Of a stretch of DNA of 64,000 bases, positions 46,902 through 56,739 are shown piece after piece. This DNA is from Corallochytrium limacisporum Hawaii. Lineage: Eukaryota > Protista > Pluriformea. The position numbers and the translations under genes were made by a program. Each line of letters opens with the position of its first letter. Position 1 is the first letter of the stretch. The stretch is from positions 65,216 through 129,215 of the forward strand of contig PDIP01000027.1 in the NCBI GenBank assembly GCA_002811645.1. The letters are read 5' to 3'. The notes below the pieces were generated by a model, which saw only the letters and a program-made list of their open reading frames with translations, did no database searches and was not told the DNA's origin.

Positions 46902-49900
46902 ATGCCATTTGTAGATCCCAGAAAGGCAGCCGGGAAGGGCCTGCATCTGGAAAAGTTAAAGAGTGGACTTTCTAACTGTAGCAATACGCAGGGCGTCAGG
47001 AAACCCTCTTTTGTCAGCGGCAAGTCTTTGTCTGCGAGTTCATTTTGCTCAGCCCGGGCTGACAAGGAAAATGTCTCATCAACACAGCCAAAACGTACCA
47101 GGATAGGGATATTCACTAGCGACACCGACGATTCGGACCTGGACAGTATGTCAGTGTCCACAACGCAGTACGCGAAACCGAATGCGGAAACAAAGCGCAA
47201 TGATGACATTATTGAAATTCTTGCGTCTCCAAAGAAACCCGGGCTGCCCATGAGTATACAACGAGGCCTCGACACCAATGATGTTATCAGATTTGGAGAC
47301 GACGATGATAGCGACGAAAACGACGACCCTGTGTTCACAGGGAAGCAGACTCAACAAGCCAAAGAAAACCTTGACGATAGTTCTGCTAGTATTCCTGCAC
47401 AACCCAAAACCACGAAGAACAGTCTTTCAAGTGGCACGACGATTGTTCCTAGTGGAGGGAAGAGTATTTTCATGGATGACAGCGATGACGAAAGTGACAA
47501 GAGCGACGTCTTAGATGTGCATGTCGATGGTGAGCCTACCCGTTTCCAACCTCATCTCACTGCCCCCGGTACAGTCGAGGCTCATGACCAAAGTAGTAAC
47601 AATGAACAAGCCAGCTATCCCAGTATGTCAACCGCTTTAGCGGAAGCGACTCTCAAGAACACACACTGCGAAGAGGCCAACTCGGCGAGCGACAAAAATG
47701 AGCTGGATATTGGTATCACTTTCACAGATGAAGACGAAGCCCAGACCTTACACGCCCGGCCCCTCGCAAGCACCTCACTACAATCAGGTGCAAACTTAAC
47801 TGAACAGCCAAAACCAGCTTACCCATACGATTGTCAGGAGGGAGATTATGACGACCTATGGGATCTTGATGACACTAGGATCGAATCGGCAAAGCCGGCG
47901 ACGTTTGCGAAGGTAACATCCCATAACACTGTTTCTGCTCCAATTTTGGATCACAAGGCAATGAAAGACGAGCTTGTGAAGAGATACACAGAACTGAATG
48001 GTCTCATTCTGCAGACGCAGATGCTAGTCCGTAGGCCAGAAATCACATCATCCGAGATTCAGGACTGTATTACTCGGCGTGGACAGCTCCTCAGTGACAT
48101 TGGTGTACAAGAAGAGCTTCTGTTTGACCAAACAATGCCTTCCGGGACAGAGGCAAACACACTGCAGAAAACCCCATCAGCCTTTACAGATGGCTTTGAC
48201 ACTCTACTGAACCATCCTACCGGGGCAAATTACTCACCTCCTGTCCAAATCATCGGAGAGAGTCCACCATCACATCAGGTCCCCAGTGGAGGTCAAAATG
48301 GCCCAAGTTCCATTGTCACTGGACAGGACCGTAACGCCGACTGTCCTTCGGAAATGGTACAAACACTGCGACGTGTTTTCAAGATGCAAGATTTTCGAGC
48401 GTGCCAGAGGGATGCCATCAGTGCGGCTCTCAGTGGGCGGGACGTATTCGTGCTGATGCCTACTGGCGGTGGTAAATCTTTGTGCTATCAGTTGCCCGCG
48501 GTGATGTCTATCGGATGCACCATTGTTGTGAGTCCGCTGCTAGCTTTAATTGATGATCAGGTGAATGCACTCAGGGCACGTGGTATAGAGGCCGACTACA
48601 TTAATTCCACCACCGAATACGAGCAGAAGATGAAGATCTACCGCAGTCTTCGTAGGTCAAGTTGTTCTCCACAGGATGGGTTGAAATTGTTGTATGTGAC
48701 GCCAGAGGGTCTTGCTGCAGGTAATCAACTCAAATCCGTTCTCAGTGAAGCCGCTCAAAAGGGCAATATCGCTCGTGTGGCCATTGACGAGGCACACTGT
48801 GTCTCTCAGTGGGGTCACGATTTCCGCAGTGACTACCTGAAGCTCGGTGAAGTTCGCAATTTCCTAGGTGCCCAGATTCCCATCATGGCTCTGACGGCGA
48901 CAGCGTCCAAAAATGTGCACCAGGACATCATTCATCAGCTTCAGCTGCGCAACGTGGCCCAGTTTACGTCCAGTTTCAACCGGCCCAACCTTGCCTATGC
49001 GGTTGTAGAGAAGACCAATAAGGTAGAGCTAATGATTGCTGACACGATCCAAGAACGCTTCTCTGGCAAGTGCGGTATCGTCTACTGCCTCTCTCGTAAG
49101 GAGTGTGAAAGTCTTTCAAGTTTTCTGGGTTCGTCTGGTATCAGTGCTTCAGCGTATCATGCAGGTATGACACCGACACAGCGGACAAAGATCCAGCAGC
49201 TTTGGGGCACTGGCCAAAAGAAGGTGATTTGTGCCACAATTGCGTTTGGGATGGGCATCGACAAGGCGGACGTAAGATTCGTGCTGCATGCATGTCTGCC
49301 GTCTTCAATCGAAGGATATTATCAGGAGACCGGTCGTGCGGGACGTGATGGCTACCCTTCTGATTGCATTCTGTTTTTTGCCGTCGGCGACATCAATCGC
49401 AGAAAGCGTTTGAATGAAATGGAGCTAAAGCGGCCAGGAAAACGAGTGACGCAGCAGGTGAGGGATCAGTTGCGAATGAAGAATGCCGCATTAAAGGAAA
49501 TGGCGGCCTTCTGCGAAAACAAGAGCGATTGCCGACGCCTATTGCAACTGCGGTACCTGGGTGAAGAATTTAACCCTGCTCTGTGCGGTGGCACCTGCGA
49601 TAATTGTGCCTCAAAACAGAGCCGCAATCGTGAGATTGTCGAGGAGCGCATGGACGACCAAGGATGGGTGGCGGTATCCCAGGTGATCGCAACATGTGCC
49701 AACCGGGAGTGGAACAAGACCGAGATGGTCCAAGCCCTGCGTCTGGGTATTGGCATGGGGCCAGATTTCCGTGCCATGCGCCATATCACTGATGCTGGTA
49801 TTCACCGCTTCCTGGAGCACCTAGTATCTCATGGCGTTGTAGCCAAGAAGAACGACTTGAACAATCGTGGAGATCGTGTACTGGAGACTGTAGTACCTGG

Positions 49901-50636
49901 TCCTCGGCAGAGCAAAGTGCAAAGCAATGACCCCGCCCTGAAGAACTTTCGCTTTATCGCCGAAGAGCAGGTAAGTTTCCAGCGGCAACGTGCCCAAGAG
50001 GCAAAAGACAAACGTAACAAGAAAAGTGGTGTCCACCGTCTTGGCGGCATCGACATCAATGATGACACTGGCAAGTTTGTAAGTCGCAACGCTGACTTTA
50101 CTGTCCACCAGAACCGCTTGCGGCAGTTCCTCAAAGAAGATATTAATCAGGTACAGAGCCTGAGGAGCAAGTTCGAGGATCCCACAAGCGTCGAGGATGC
50201 CATTTGTGATCTTTGTGTTGAGCTTCCGAACAAAAAGCAAGGTGTGTTAGACATCTTAAAGCGCCACGGTCTGGAGAGCCTTAATACCAATGTGAATATG
50301 ACATGGATGCAGCATCTGTCCAGTCTCCGCAGCACATGTCTGCAGATTTACCATGACAAGAAGGAGGGCAAGGGAAAGAAGGGTGCAGCCAAAGCAGGCC
50401 GTAAAGGCGCCAAGCGTGCCTGGAGCGGAGCGAAAGGTCGAACACCAAAGCGAACCAAGACCACGCGCAAGAGCAAAGGCGAAGCAACATTCACAGAGTC
50501 TAACATGGGCCCACCGAGGGACACTCGTCCGCTTGGAAACACCGCCAGCACAACGTCCACGACGACCTCTAAGTCCACCCGACGCAATGTCACCGGCGGT
50601 GTTGTTAAGCAAGCAAGTCGTCGGTATAACTTCTGA
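46902..50636 (+). CDS. RecQ helicase, BLM/Sgs1-like
   Basis: 1244 aa; long acidic N-terminus; MPTGGGKSLCYQLP, DEAHCVSQWGHDFR, YYQETGRAGRDG, Zn domain CRR...CDNC; basic tail. Confidence 0.93.
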   Translation: MPFVDPRKAAGKGLHLEKLKSGLSNCSNTQGVRKPSFVSGKSLSASSFCSARADKENVSSTQPKRTRIGIFTSDTDDSDLDSMSVSTTQYAKPNAETKRNDDIIEILASPKKPGLPMSIQRGLDTNDVIRFGDDDDSDENDDPVFTGKQTQQAKENLDDSSASIPAQPKTTKNSLSSGTTIVPSGGKSIFMDDSDDESDKSDVLDVHVDGEPTRFQPHLTAPGTVEAHDQSSNNEQASYPSMSTALAEATLKNTHCEEANSASDKNELDIGITFTDEDEAQTLHARPLASTSLQSGANLTEQPKPAYPYDCQEGDYDDLWDLDDTRIESAKPATFAKVTSHNTVSAPILDHKAMKDELVKRYTELNGLILQTQMLVRRPEITSSEIQDCITRRGQLLSDIGVQEELLFDQTMPSGTEANTLQKTPSAFTDGFDTLLNHPTGANYSPPVQIIGESPPSHQVPSGGQNGPSSIVTGQDRNADCPSEMVQTLRRVFKMQDFRACQRDAISAALSGRDVFVLMPTGGGKSLCYQLPAVMSIGCTIVVSPLLALIDDQVNALRARGIEADYINSTTEYEQKMKIYRSLRRSSCSPQDGLKLLYVTPEGLAAGNQLKSVLSEAAQKGNIARVAIDEAHCVSQWGHDFRSDYLKLGEVRNFLGAQIPIMALTATASKNVHQDIIHQLQLRNVAQFTSSFNRPNLAYAVVEKTNKVELMIADTIQERFSGKCGIVYCLSRKECESLSSFLGSSGISASAYHAGMTPTQRTKIQQLWGTGQKKVICATIAFGMGIDKADVRFVLHACLPSSIEGYYQETGRAGRDGYPSDCILFFAVGDINRRKRLNEMELKRPGKRVTQQVRDQLRMKNAALKEMAAFCENKSDCRRLLQLRYLGEEFNPALCGGTCDNCASKQSRNREIVEERMDDQGWVAVSQVIATCANREWNKTEMVQALRLGIGMGPDFRAMRHITDAGIHRFLEHLVSHGVVAKKNDLNNRGDRVLETVVPGPRQSKVQSNDPALKNFRFIAEEQVSFQRQRAQEAKDKRNKKSGVHRLGGIDINDDTGKFVSRNADFTVHQNRLRQFLKEDINQVQSLRSKFEDPTSVEDAICDLCVELPNKKQGVLDILKRHGLESLNTNVNMTWMQHLSSLRSTCLQIYHDKKEGKGKKGAAKAGRKGAKRAWSGAKGRTPKRTKTTRKSKGEATFTESNMGPPRDTRPLGNTASTTSTTTSKSTRRNVTGGVVKQASRRYNF

Positions 50637-50719
50637 AAATCCCTGCATTTACACAGAGTTATCTACTAAACTTATACTATACAAAATCATGACAAAGAAC
50701 AGCAAACATCTGGTGTACC

Positions 50720-52525
50720 CTAATCCAGCTGCGGGTGATGTGCCGCCGGAGGACACGGTACGCCCTCCTTCATGCACATCTCCGTGCCCCGATGCAGATC
50801 TTCGTTGTACCGTTCGCTGTGTGGCTTCAGGAACCAGTCCCGTCCACCCATATTTATGTGCAAGCATTGCATACCACGCTCTTGCAGGGAATCACCCGCC
50901 TGTTTGAGCCGCACCACGCACAAGGCAAGCAGACGAAAGTCCATCCGGTCTGTGTCACCCAGACGGTCGTCGACGCGGTCCATGAGGTTCGTAAGCGCGC
51001 CCATTAATACACGTAGGTCGTTCATGTAGAAGCGATCGTAGTGGGAATCATCTACAAGGACGTGGTGGATGAAGATCTGTTCAGGTAGCGGTTTGGTATC
51101 AATGGGATACATCCACCCTGGGACTGTCCTGCGCACAAAGAGCCGCATGAGGCGTTCCATGAAGCACCGATCGAAGACATCATTCCAACGCTGGTGAAAT
51201 ACGTCCGACAGATCCGCCAATTCGATCTGCAGGATGAGCAGTAAGTACAAAGCACTGTGCAATCCGTTCTCCTCTGCACCATAGTCCCCGGTCTTCGCAT
51301 CCAGCTCACCAAAGATCCATCTCACACTCTCTACCAAGTCGCCATCGATGCAGCTGCGCACGAAATCTCCCGAAATGTCGGATCTAGTATCGTTGTCAAA
51401 GTATGGTGTCGAAATGGTGGAGCCGCGGAATTGACTACACAAGAGCCACAGATATATCTGTGTCATGACGATCCAGGCTACTTCCGGATCTACATAGCTT
51501 ACGTCGTCGTCGCCGAGGTCTCCACGCAGAATTCTGACTCCTTCCTTGATTTGGTATACCATGAAGGGTAGAATGTTACACTGTTGCTTCCACAACGACG
51601 TCCGATTGCCTTCCCGCCCCGATTGAGCGACTTCAAGTTCGAGCAGGCGACGGATCCACAGGCCGATGGTAAATCGCGCATCCCAGCTGTATTCTTTGGT
51701 CCAGGGCATGGCAAGCAAATGACACATAACGTCCAACGCCCGTGCGATGTCTCCAGTCTGCTTCAGAGAGGCAAAGATTGGCCCGTCCACATTATCCTCG
51801 ATGTACTCTGCTGGCATCTGCCTGAGTCGGTCCTCGAATTTGGGCATCTCCGCCAATTGGTCCGTGGTGTCCTGCATGTCCTTGAGCAGTTGACCTACGT
51901 CGCTGAGGAAGTGACGGCACTGTGCGGGGCCACTCTCCCTATCAAAATCGATGAGATTCGCGTGCAAGGCGGGCGATTCGAACGCTTGCCGAAGATTTAC
52001 GGCTGTTTCATTGCCGTTCGCCTGCAGCGCGAGGTATCGGAACAGTGCCTTGGCAGTCTCTTCACACTGATGCGAATCCTTCACGCCCGTGTATTTGCGG
52101 ATCAATGTGACTAGATCACCAGAGGGAGTGATTGGCCGAATAGCTTCGTTTGCTATACTTTTGGCACCGGGGTCCTTGCCACCCGAGGATCCCAGTGATC
52201 GGATACTTGCTGTACGGGTTCGACGAGTTGAACTCTTCGTCGGTGTACTGTTTGCAAGTTCGCTGGGGTCTTGATCCATTGGAACAGGAGTAGCTGGCAC
52301 CACAGTGGTCTCAAAGTGCGCCTCTCTGTTGGTGATAGGGGAACTCTCCACCTTTGCGACACAATTCGCAGGGACCAGACCCATCATTCCGTCACTCATG
52401 CGACTCGCCCGCCACCAGGTTTCGTCTGTTTTATCAAGAATCATCAAGACGTCCCCTTTATGCACGTTGAGGATATCGCCTCTACCTGCAACACTATGTG
52501 CCTGTGTGACCGTGACTTTCTCCAT
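50720..52525 (-). CDS. SH3 + SPIN90/Ldb17-domain protein (NCKIPSD/WISH-like Arp2/3 activator)
   Basis: 601 aa; N-terminal SH3 (WWRA...GLVPAN); C-terminal FYMNDLRVL motif. Confidence 0.7.
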   Translation of the reverse strand: MEKVTVTQAHSVAGRGDILNVHKGDVLMILDKTDETWWRASRMSDGMMGLVPANCVAKVESSPITNREAHFETTVVPATPVPMDQDPSELANSTPTKSSTRRTRTASIRSLGSSGGKDPGAKSIANEAIRPITPSGDLVTLIRKYTGVKDSHQCEETAKALFRYLALQANGNETAVNLRQAFESPALHANLIDFDRESGPAQCRHFLSDVGQLLKDMQDTTDQLAEMPKFEDRLRQMPAEYIEDNVDGPIFASLKQTGDIARALDVMCHLLAMPWTKEYSWDARFTIGLWIRRLLELEVAQSGREGNRTSLWKQQCNILPFMVYQIKEGVRILRGDLGDDDVSYVDPEVAWIVMTQIYLWLLCSQFRGSTISTPYFDNDTRSDISGDFVRSCIDGDLVESVRWIFGELDAKTGDYGAEENGLHSALYLLLILQIELADLSDVFHQRWNDVFDRCFMERLMRLFVRRTVPGWMYPIDTKPLPEQIFIHHVLVDDSHYDRFYMNDLRVLMGALTNLMDRVDDRLGDTDRMDFRLLALCVVRLKQAGDSLQERGMQCLHINMGGRDWFLKPHSERYNEDLHRGTEMCMKEGVPCPPAAHHPQLD

Positions 52526-52553
52526 TTTGTGCTATTCCTTGGACAAACTCTGT

Positions 52554-52688
52554 CTACGTCACGTTCCGCATCTTGCGCCCCCGCACTTTGTCTCATTAGT
52601 TGCAGTGTTACGAACCAGTCCGTTTATTTCTGGTAGAGATGAGCAACCAGTTTATCTGAATTTCATGTCTCTGTTGGACATAAAGTAC
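52554..52688 (-). other. predicted 5'UTR intron of NCKIPSD-like gene
   Basis: CGG|GTACTT donor at 52688; ACTAAT near 52600; acceptor candidates 52630, 52554, 52532. Confidence 0.45.
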
Positions 52689-52955
52689 CCGCACAGCCTC
52701 TCTATTTGGTGGCCGTGCGAGTTCCAAACCTTCCGCTTGGGCGGGGCCTCCCCGCAGGTTTTATTGTCCAGCTCGTGGATGGGAGTAATGGTGCCGAGGG
52801 GCCACAATATGCTTGCCGCGGCCGAGAAATTCTCTGGTTGCGCGTCCGGACGCGTTTCGGACGTAGAACGACGAAGCAAAGGAAGCCGTAAGAGCAGTGA
52901 CACTTTTGTAATATCTTTGTATAAGGTAGTCCTCTTCCGTAAGATGTCCCGCAGA

Positions 52956-53552
52956 ATGGAAAGGTATTCAATCTCAAGTGTTGACCGTCCTGTGGGACCT
53001 TCTCTCTGTTCTAAACACGGACGACTCTGGAAGGAAACTGTCCAACGAGCAATGGACCAAAGGGGGAGCTGTGGGGCTGACGGCCGCGGAAGAGCACAAG
53101 GGTTTCGAGGTCGAGGACGGCATCATGGACAAAATAGAGGCGGTGGATACAACCACCGCCACCGTCGCCATCCCGGTGGATATCAACGTGGCGGGTACCA
53201 CGGGCAGCACAGTAAACGCCGCAGAATCGGCCATGGGTATCACCACAAGCGACCGCAAACAGACAGATCCAAGCCACTATGGTGGTTCCGACCGAGCATG
53301 ATTGAAAACCCATGGGCGCTTCTGGAAGCCAAAGTGGGCATGCATGGCACCGCAGTGGCCGACACTGACGCAGGAAAGAAGTTGATTGCAACCGCTGTTA
53401 CTGCACAGCTAGCTCCAAAGCCCACCCCCGAGCCACTGGACAGCAACACCACTACCGGAGGTGAAGAGGAGGAGCTGGACTCCATTATGGGCACCGCCGG
53501 AGGTACAACGCTAGATACGGCAGAAAATAAAAACATAGAGAAGAAAATTTAG
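52956..53552 (+). CDS. MPLKIP: MPLKIP/TTDN1-like protein
   Basis: RG/H-rich low-complexity region followed by WFRPSMIENPWALLE (family motif F.PSMLEDPW..L); start at 52956 (after CCCGCAG|) or 53052. Confidence 0.7.
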   Translation: MERYSISSVDRPVGPSLCSKHGRLWKETVQRAMDQRGSCGADGRGRAQGFRGRGRHHGQNRGGGYNHRHRRHPGGYQRGGYHGQHSKRRRIGHGYHHKRPQTDRSKPLWWFRPSMIENPWALLEAKVGMHGTAVADTDAGKKLIATAVTAQLAPKPTPEPLDSNTTTGGEEEELDSIMGTAGGTTLDTAENKNIEKKI

Positions 53553-53694
53553 TGGAATTGAACAGGGTACTATGGACATGTTTCTTTGATTGAGAGTGTT
53601 ATGTTAGTCTCACTCTTACAGTCAGATGTAATACGTTTCCTTCCGCCTATGAGAAGAGTTGAATGCTACAGGTTGTTCGTTTGTGAAGCAGTGT

Positions 53695-55272
53695 CTAGAG
53701 GCCCTTGCTATCGCTTCCTCCGTACAAGTTGCTGAACAAGATACCGGAGCCCTCAACGACGGTCTTGATCTTGGCGATCGCATTGTACATACCGGCACTG
53801 CGAAGATCGCAGCGTTTTGCCCTCGCAGTCTGCATGATTTCCTGCGCGGCAACGTGCATGGTGTCGTCCAGACCAGAGTAGACGAGGTCAGCCTCAGTGG
53901 GACCGTTGATGACAATCTCACGCTCCTTACCCTTCAACTCACGACCCAATTGTCCCTCAACGAATTCAACCAGCTTTCGCTTGCTCTGCTCTTCCCACTT
54001 GCGATTCAAACGTCCAAAGCGGACATGGCTAAGGTTCTTGAGCCACTCGAAGTAAGACACGGTCACACCGCCAGCATTGAGGTAGAAATCGGGGACGATG
54101 GGAATGCCACGGCCCTCCAGAATATCATGAGCAGCAGGGGTGCACGGTCCGTTGGCAGCCTCACCAATGATCTTGCACTTGAGCTGGGGTGCATTGGCCT
54201 TGTGGATCTGACGTTCCAGAGCAGCGGGGATAAGAATGTCGCATTCGACCTCCAGTCCGGACACTGGGTCGGGAATCCAGTCTCCGCCAGTGAAACCTTC
54301 GATCGTTCCGTTTTGCTTCTTGTAGTCGGACAAAGCTTCGACATCAATTCCGTTCGGGTTGTGCACTGCACCGGTGACTTCGGAGACGCAGACAATCTTG
54401 GCGCCGTCCTGCGACATGAATTTGGCTGCGTAGTAGCCCACATTACCGAAACCTTGGATGACAACGGTCTTGTCCTTCATACCAGCAGACAGGCCAGTCT
54501 TCTGCTGAATCTCGGGGAAGTCCAAGAAGTACTTCATGCCGTAGTAGACACCGAGACCGGTGGCCTCAGTGCGGCCGCGTACACCACCCATCTGGATTGG
54601 CTTGCCGGTCACGCAGCCAAGGGAATCAACCTCACCAGGACGCAGCTGCATATATGTGTCCACTATCCAGGCCATCTCGCGGGCGCCCGTGTTGACATCA
54701 GGAGCAGGTACATCGATGCCCGGACCAATGAAGTTCTTCTGGGTCAGCTCCATAGTGAAACGACGGGTAATGTTCTCCAGCTGATGTTCGTTGAACTCCT
54801 TAGGATTGACAGTGATGCCTCCCTTGGCACCTCCGAAGGGCACATCGACGACCGCACACTTGTAGGTCATGAGAGCAGCCAAGGCCTCCACCTCTTGCAG
54901 ATCGACCTCGGTGCTGTAGCGGATACCACCCTTTACGGGCAGACGGTGGCGACTGTGCTGGGCACGGTAACCAGTGATTACCTTCCATGTGTTCTCGTCA
55001 GTCTTGACCGGGAAAGAGCAACGTAGGACCACATCACATGCTTTCATGTGCTCCATGAAACCTGGAGGAATTTCTTCATGCAAAGCAGCAGCCCGGTCGA
55101 AGAAGAGCTGTGCGCAGGTGAGGAAATTGGGCTCCTCCTGACGGACAGCATTGTACTCTTCCACCTTAGATGACATGAAAGCCTTCTGCGTCAGTCGCAC
55201 GGGCGCTGCCAAAGTGACAGCATTCCGGACCGCAGCCCCGTTGGCGCGGGCCACAATCTGTGACAAACTCAT
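53695..55272 (-). CDS. GLUD1: mitochondrial glutamate dehydrogenase (GLUD-type)
   Basis: 525 aa; presequence; KGGIRY, PFGGAKGG, DVPAPD, QGFGNVG, NAGGVTVSYFEWLKNL. Confidence 0.95.
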   Translation of the reverse strand: MSLSQIVARANGAAVRNAVTLAAPVRLTQKAFMSSKVEEYNAVRQEEPNFLTCAQLFFDRAAALHEEIPPGFMEHMKACDVVLRCSFPVKTDENTWKVITGYRAQHSRHRLPVKGGIRYSTEVDLQEVEALAALMTYKCAVVDVPFGGAKGGITVNPKEFNEHQLENITRRFTMELTQKNFIGPGIDVPAPDVNTGAREMAWIVDTYMQLRPGEVDSLGCVTGKPIQMGGVRGRTEATGLGVYYGMKYFLDFPEIQQKTGLSAGMKDKTVVIQGFGNVGYYAAKFMSQDGAKIVCVSEVTGAVHNPNGIDVEALSDYKKQNGTIEGFTGGDWIPDPVSGLEVECDILIPAALERQIHKANAPQLKCKIIGEAANGPCTPAAHDILEGRGIPIVPDFYLNAGGVTVSYFEWLKNLSHVRFGRLNRKWEEQSKRKLVEFVEGQLGRELKGKEREIVINGPTEADLVYSGLDDTMHVAAQEIMQTARAKRCDLRSAGMYNAIAKIKTVVEGSGILFSNLYGGSDSKGL

Positions 55273-55320
55273 AATTAACCGCGAAATGGACTCTATTGTC
55301 CCCAATTCTGCAGATTACTA

Positions 55321-55486
55321 CTAAGGAGACAACAGTCCCAATAATGTGTGCCCGATCACCACTTATCAACTAGCTTCATCAGACTCTCTCCCTAAGAAAG
55401 TTTGCATTTGCAGAAAACAATGGGTGTTGTGGTTTTGCTCCTGTTGATACCAGGGGTTTATCATCCAACACTCAACCATACGACAC
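55321..55486 (-). other. predicted 5'UTR intron of GDH
   Basis: acceptor TGTTGTCTCCTTAG|TAG at 55321 (alternative CAG 55308); donor uncertain (CAG|GTGTCG 55486 or GTATGT 55565). Confidence 0.4.
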
Positions 55487-56739
55487 CTGCAAGGCAAGTA
55501 GGGCACCGTAAGCTCTTTCAGAAACTCCACAAGGGGCTCGGCTGCAAGAAGAAGTGCATACATACACGCAGGGCCGGCCCCCTCCCCGGCGCCGCCCTGT
55601 GGGCACTTGCCAACAAGGGTAAGTATTTGCAAGCGGGATTACGAAATTGCTTTTATTGTCAACATCTGCTCAGAGAAATGCGGGAGGGCTACTGTATTAG
55701 AAGTGAGACGGAAAGGGTAGAGCCTTAGTAGGGGGCCACAACTGACCCATCGTCAAGACGAGGCCACCCGTAGTTGTTGCGACCTCCATATTGAGATACA
55801 CGCGACAAACCCCTGCCACACCGGCTGTTGTGCTTGCCGCTGAAACGGTTCCGTTGAGATCCTGCAGTGCGGATGGATCAGGAGAAGCTTACGGCCCACA
55901 AAAGCCTGTCGGTTTGGTGGTATATGGTTTTGGGCCTGCCGGGAGTGCGTATCCTCTGCCGCCCGTCACCCGTTACCCGCGCGATGAGAGCTCCGGAGAA
56001 GCGAACATGAAGAAAATTGGTACCGAATCCAACCCATTGCCGGTCGGTTGGATGGGATTGTATTTCCGAGGCTTGTGACAAACGAGCCCATGAGCATGCT
56101 TTCAGCAAGGCAAGCAACCGCTGCGTAAGCGGGAAGTGTTCTTGCGACCTAGAGGACCCAATATTCGTACACACGAGAGGGTATGGATCGGCTACTGAAG
56201 TATGCGAGTGTTCGGTCCGTGGGAATTGGGCGTAAGATAGCACCTCCCTCGGAAAAAGTAACGAACATTCAGTACCATGTTATTGAATCCTGGCGGCCGC
56301 CGTGATGTCAACGCGGTGCCGCTGCCACGGCTGGACATCCTCCTCCTCCCCGTGTGCCTTACCCAAACATTTGTTTTGTTTATTTGCATTTGCGCAATGT
56401 GGGACTACGGAAGGCGGGTCTGGACAGCCCCTCCTGAGAAAAAAAATTAAACACCAAGAGTACGCACCTTCAACCACAACAAACACCCGAGTGTTACAGC
56501 CGTGGTCTTCATAGTGAATGTACCTTACGCACTCCTGGAAACCGGGGGCCAATAATTTCTACCCCCTAGTACAGGAGACAGGCAAGGGAGAGACGGCAAT
56601 TAAGTCGCCGAGCTCTGCCTAAATTAGACTCCCGATCAAAATGGTGGTACACTGAACCCCCGCCATATGCAATTAAATTGGATTCACCTAGAGAGTGATT
56701 GGGGTTGGCCCCGAATTGTCGGAACAGGATTGGTGCCAT

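Noticed and set aside
527-50636. Apparent cluster of genome-maintenance genes (NSE2, SLD5, MAT1, EXO5, RecQ)
   Set aside because: Interspersed with unrelated housekeeping genes over 50 kb; no evidence of functional clustering
52305-52955. N-terminal extension of the 415-aa ORF
   Set aside because: Overlaps the NCKIPSD-like gene antisense and the shared promoter; only the MPLKIP-like C-terminal part looks real
53659-55026. 455-aa + strand ORF antisense to GDH
   Set aside because: Mirror ORF expected from strong codon bias of a highly expressed gene; non-ATG start and no recognisable motifs
1467-55581. GGNCCC and CCGG motifs recurring in promoters
   Set aside because: Frequency is about what the local GC content predicts; needs genome-wide statistics
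55791-56514. Short Cys-rich ORFs upstream of the GDH promoter
   Set aside because: No consistent frame, start or recognisable domain
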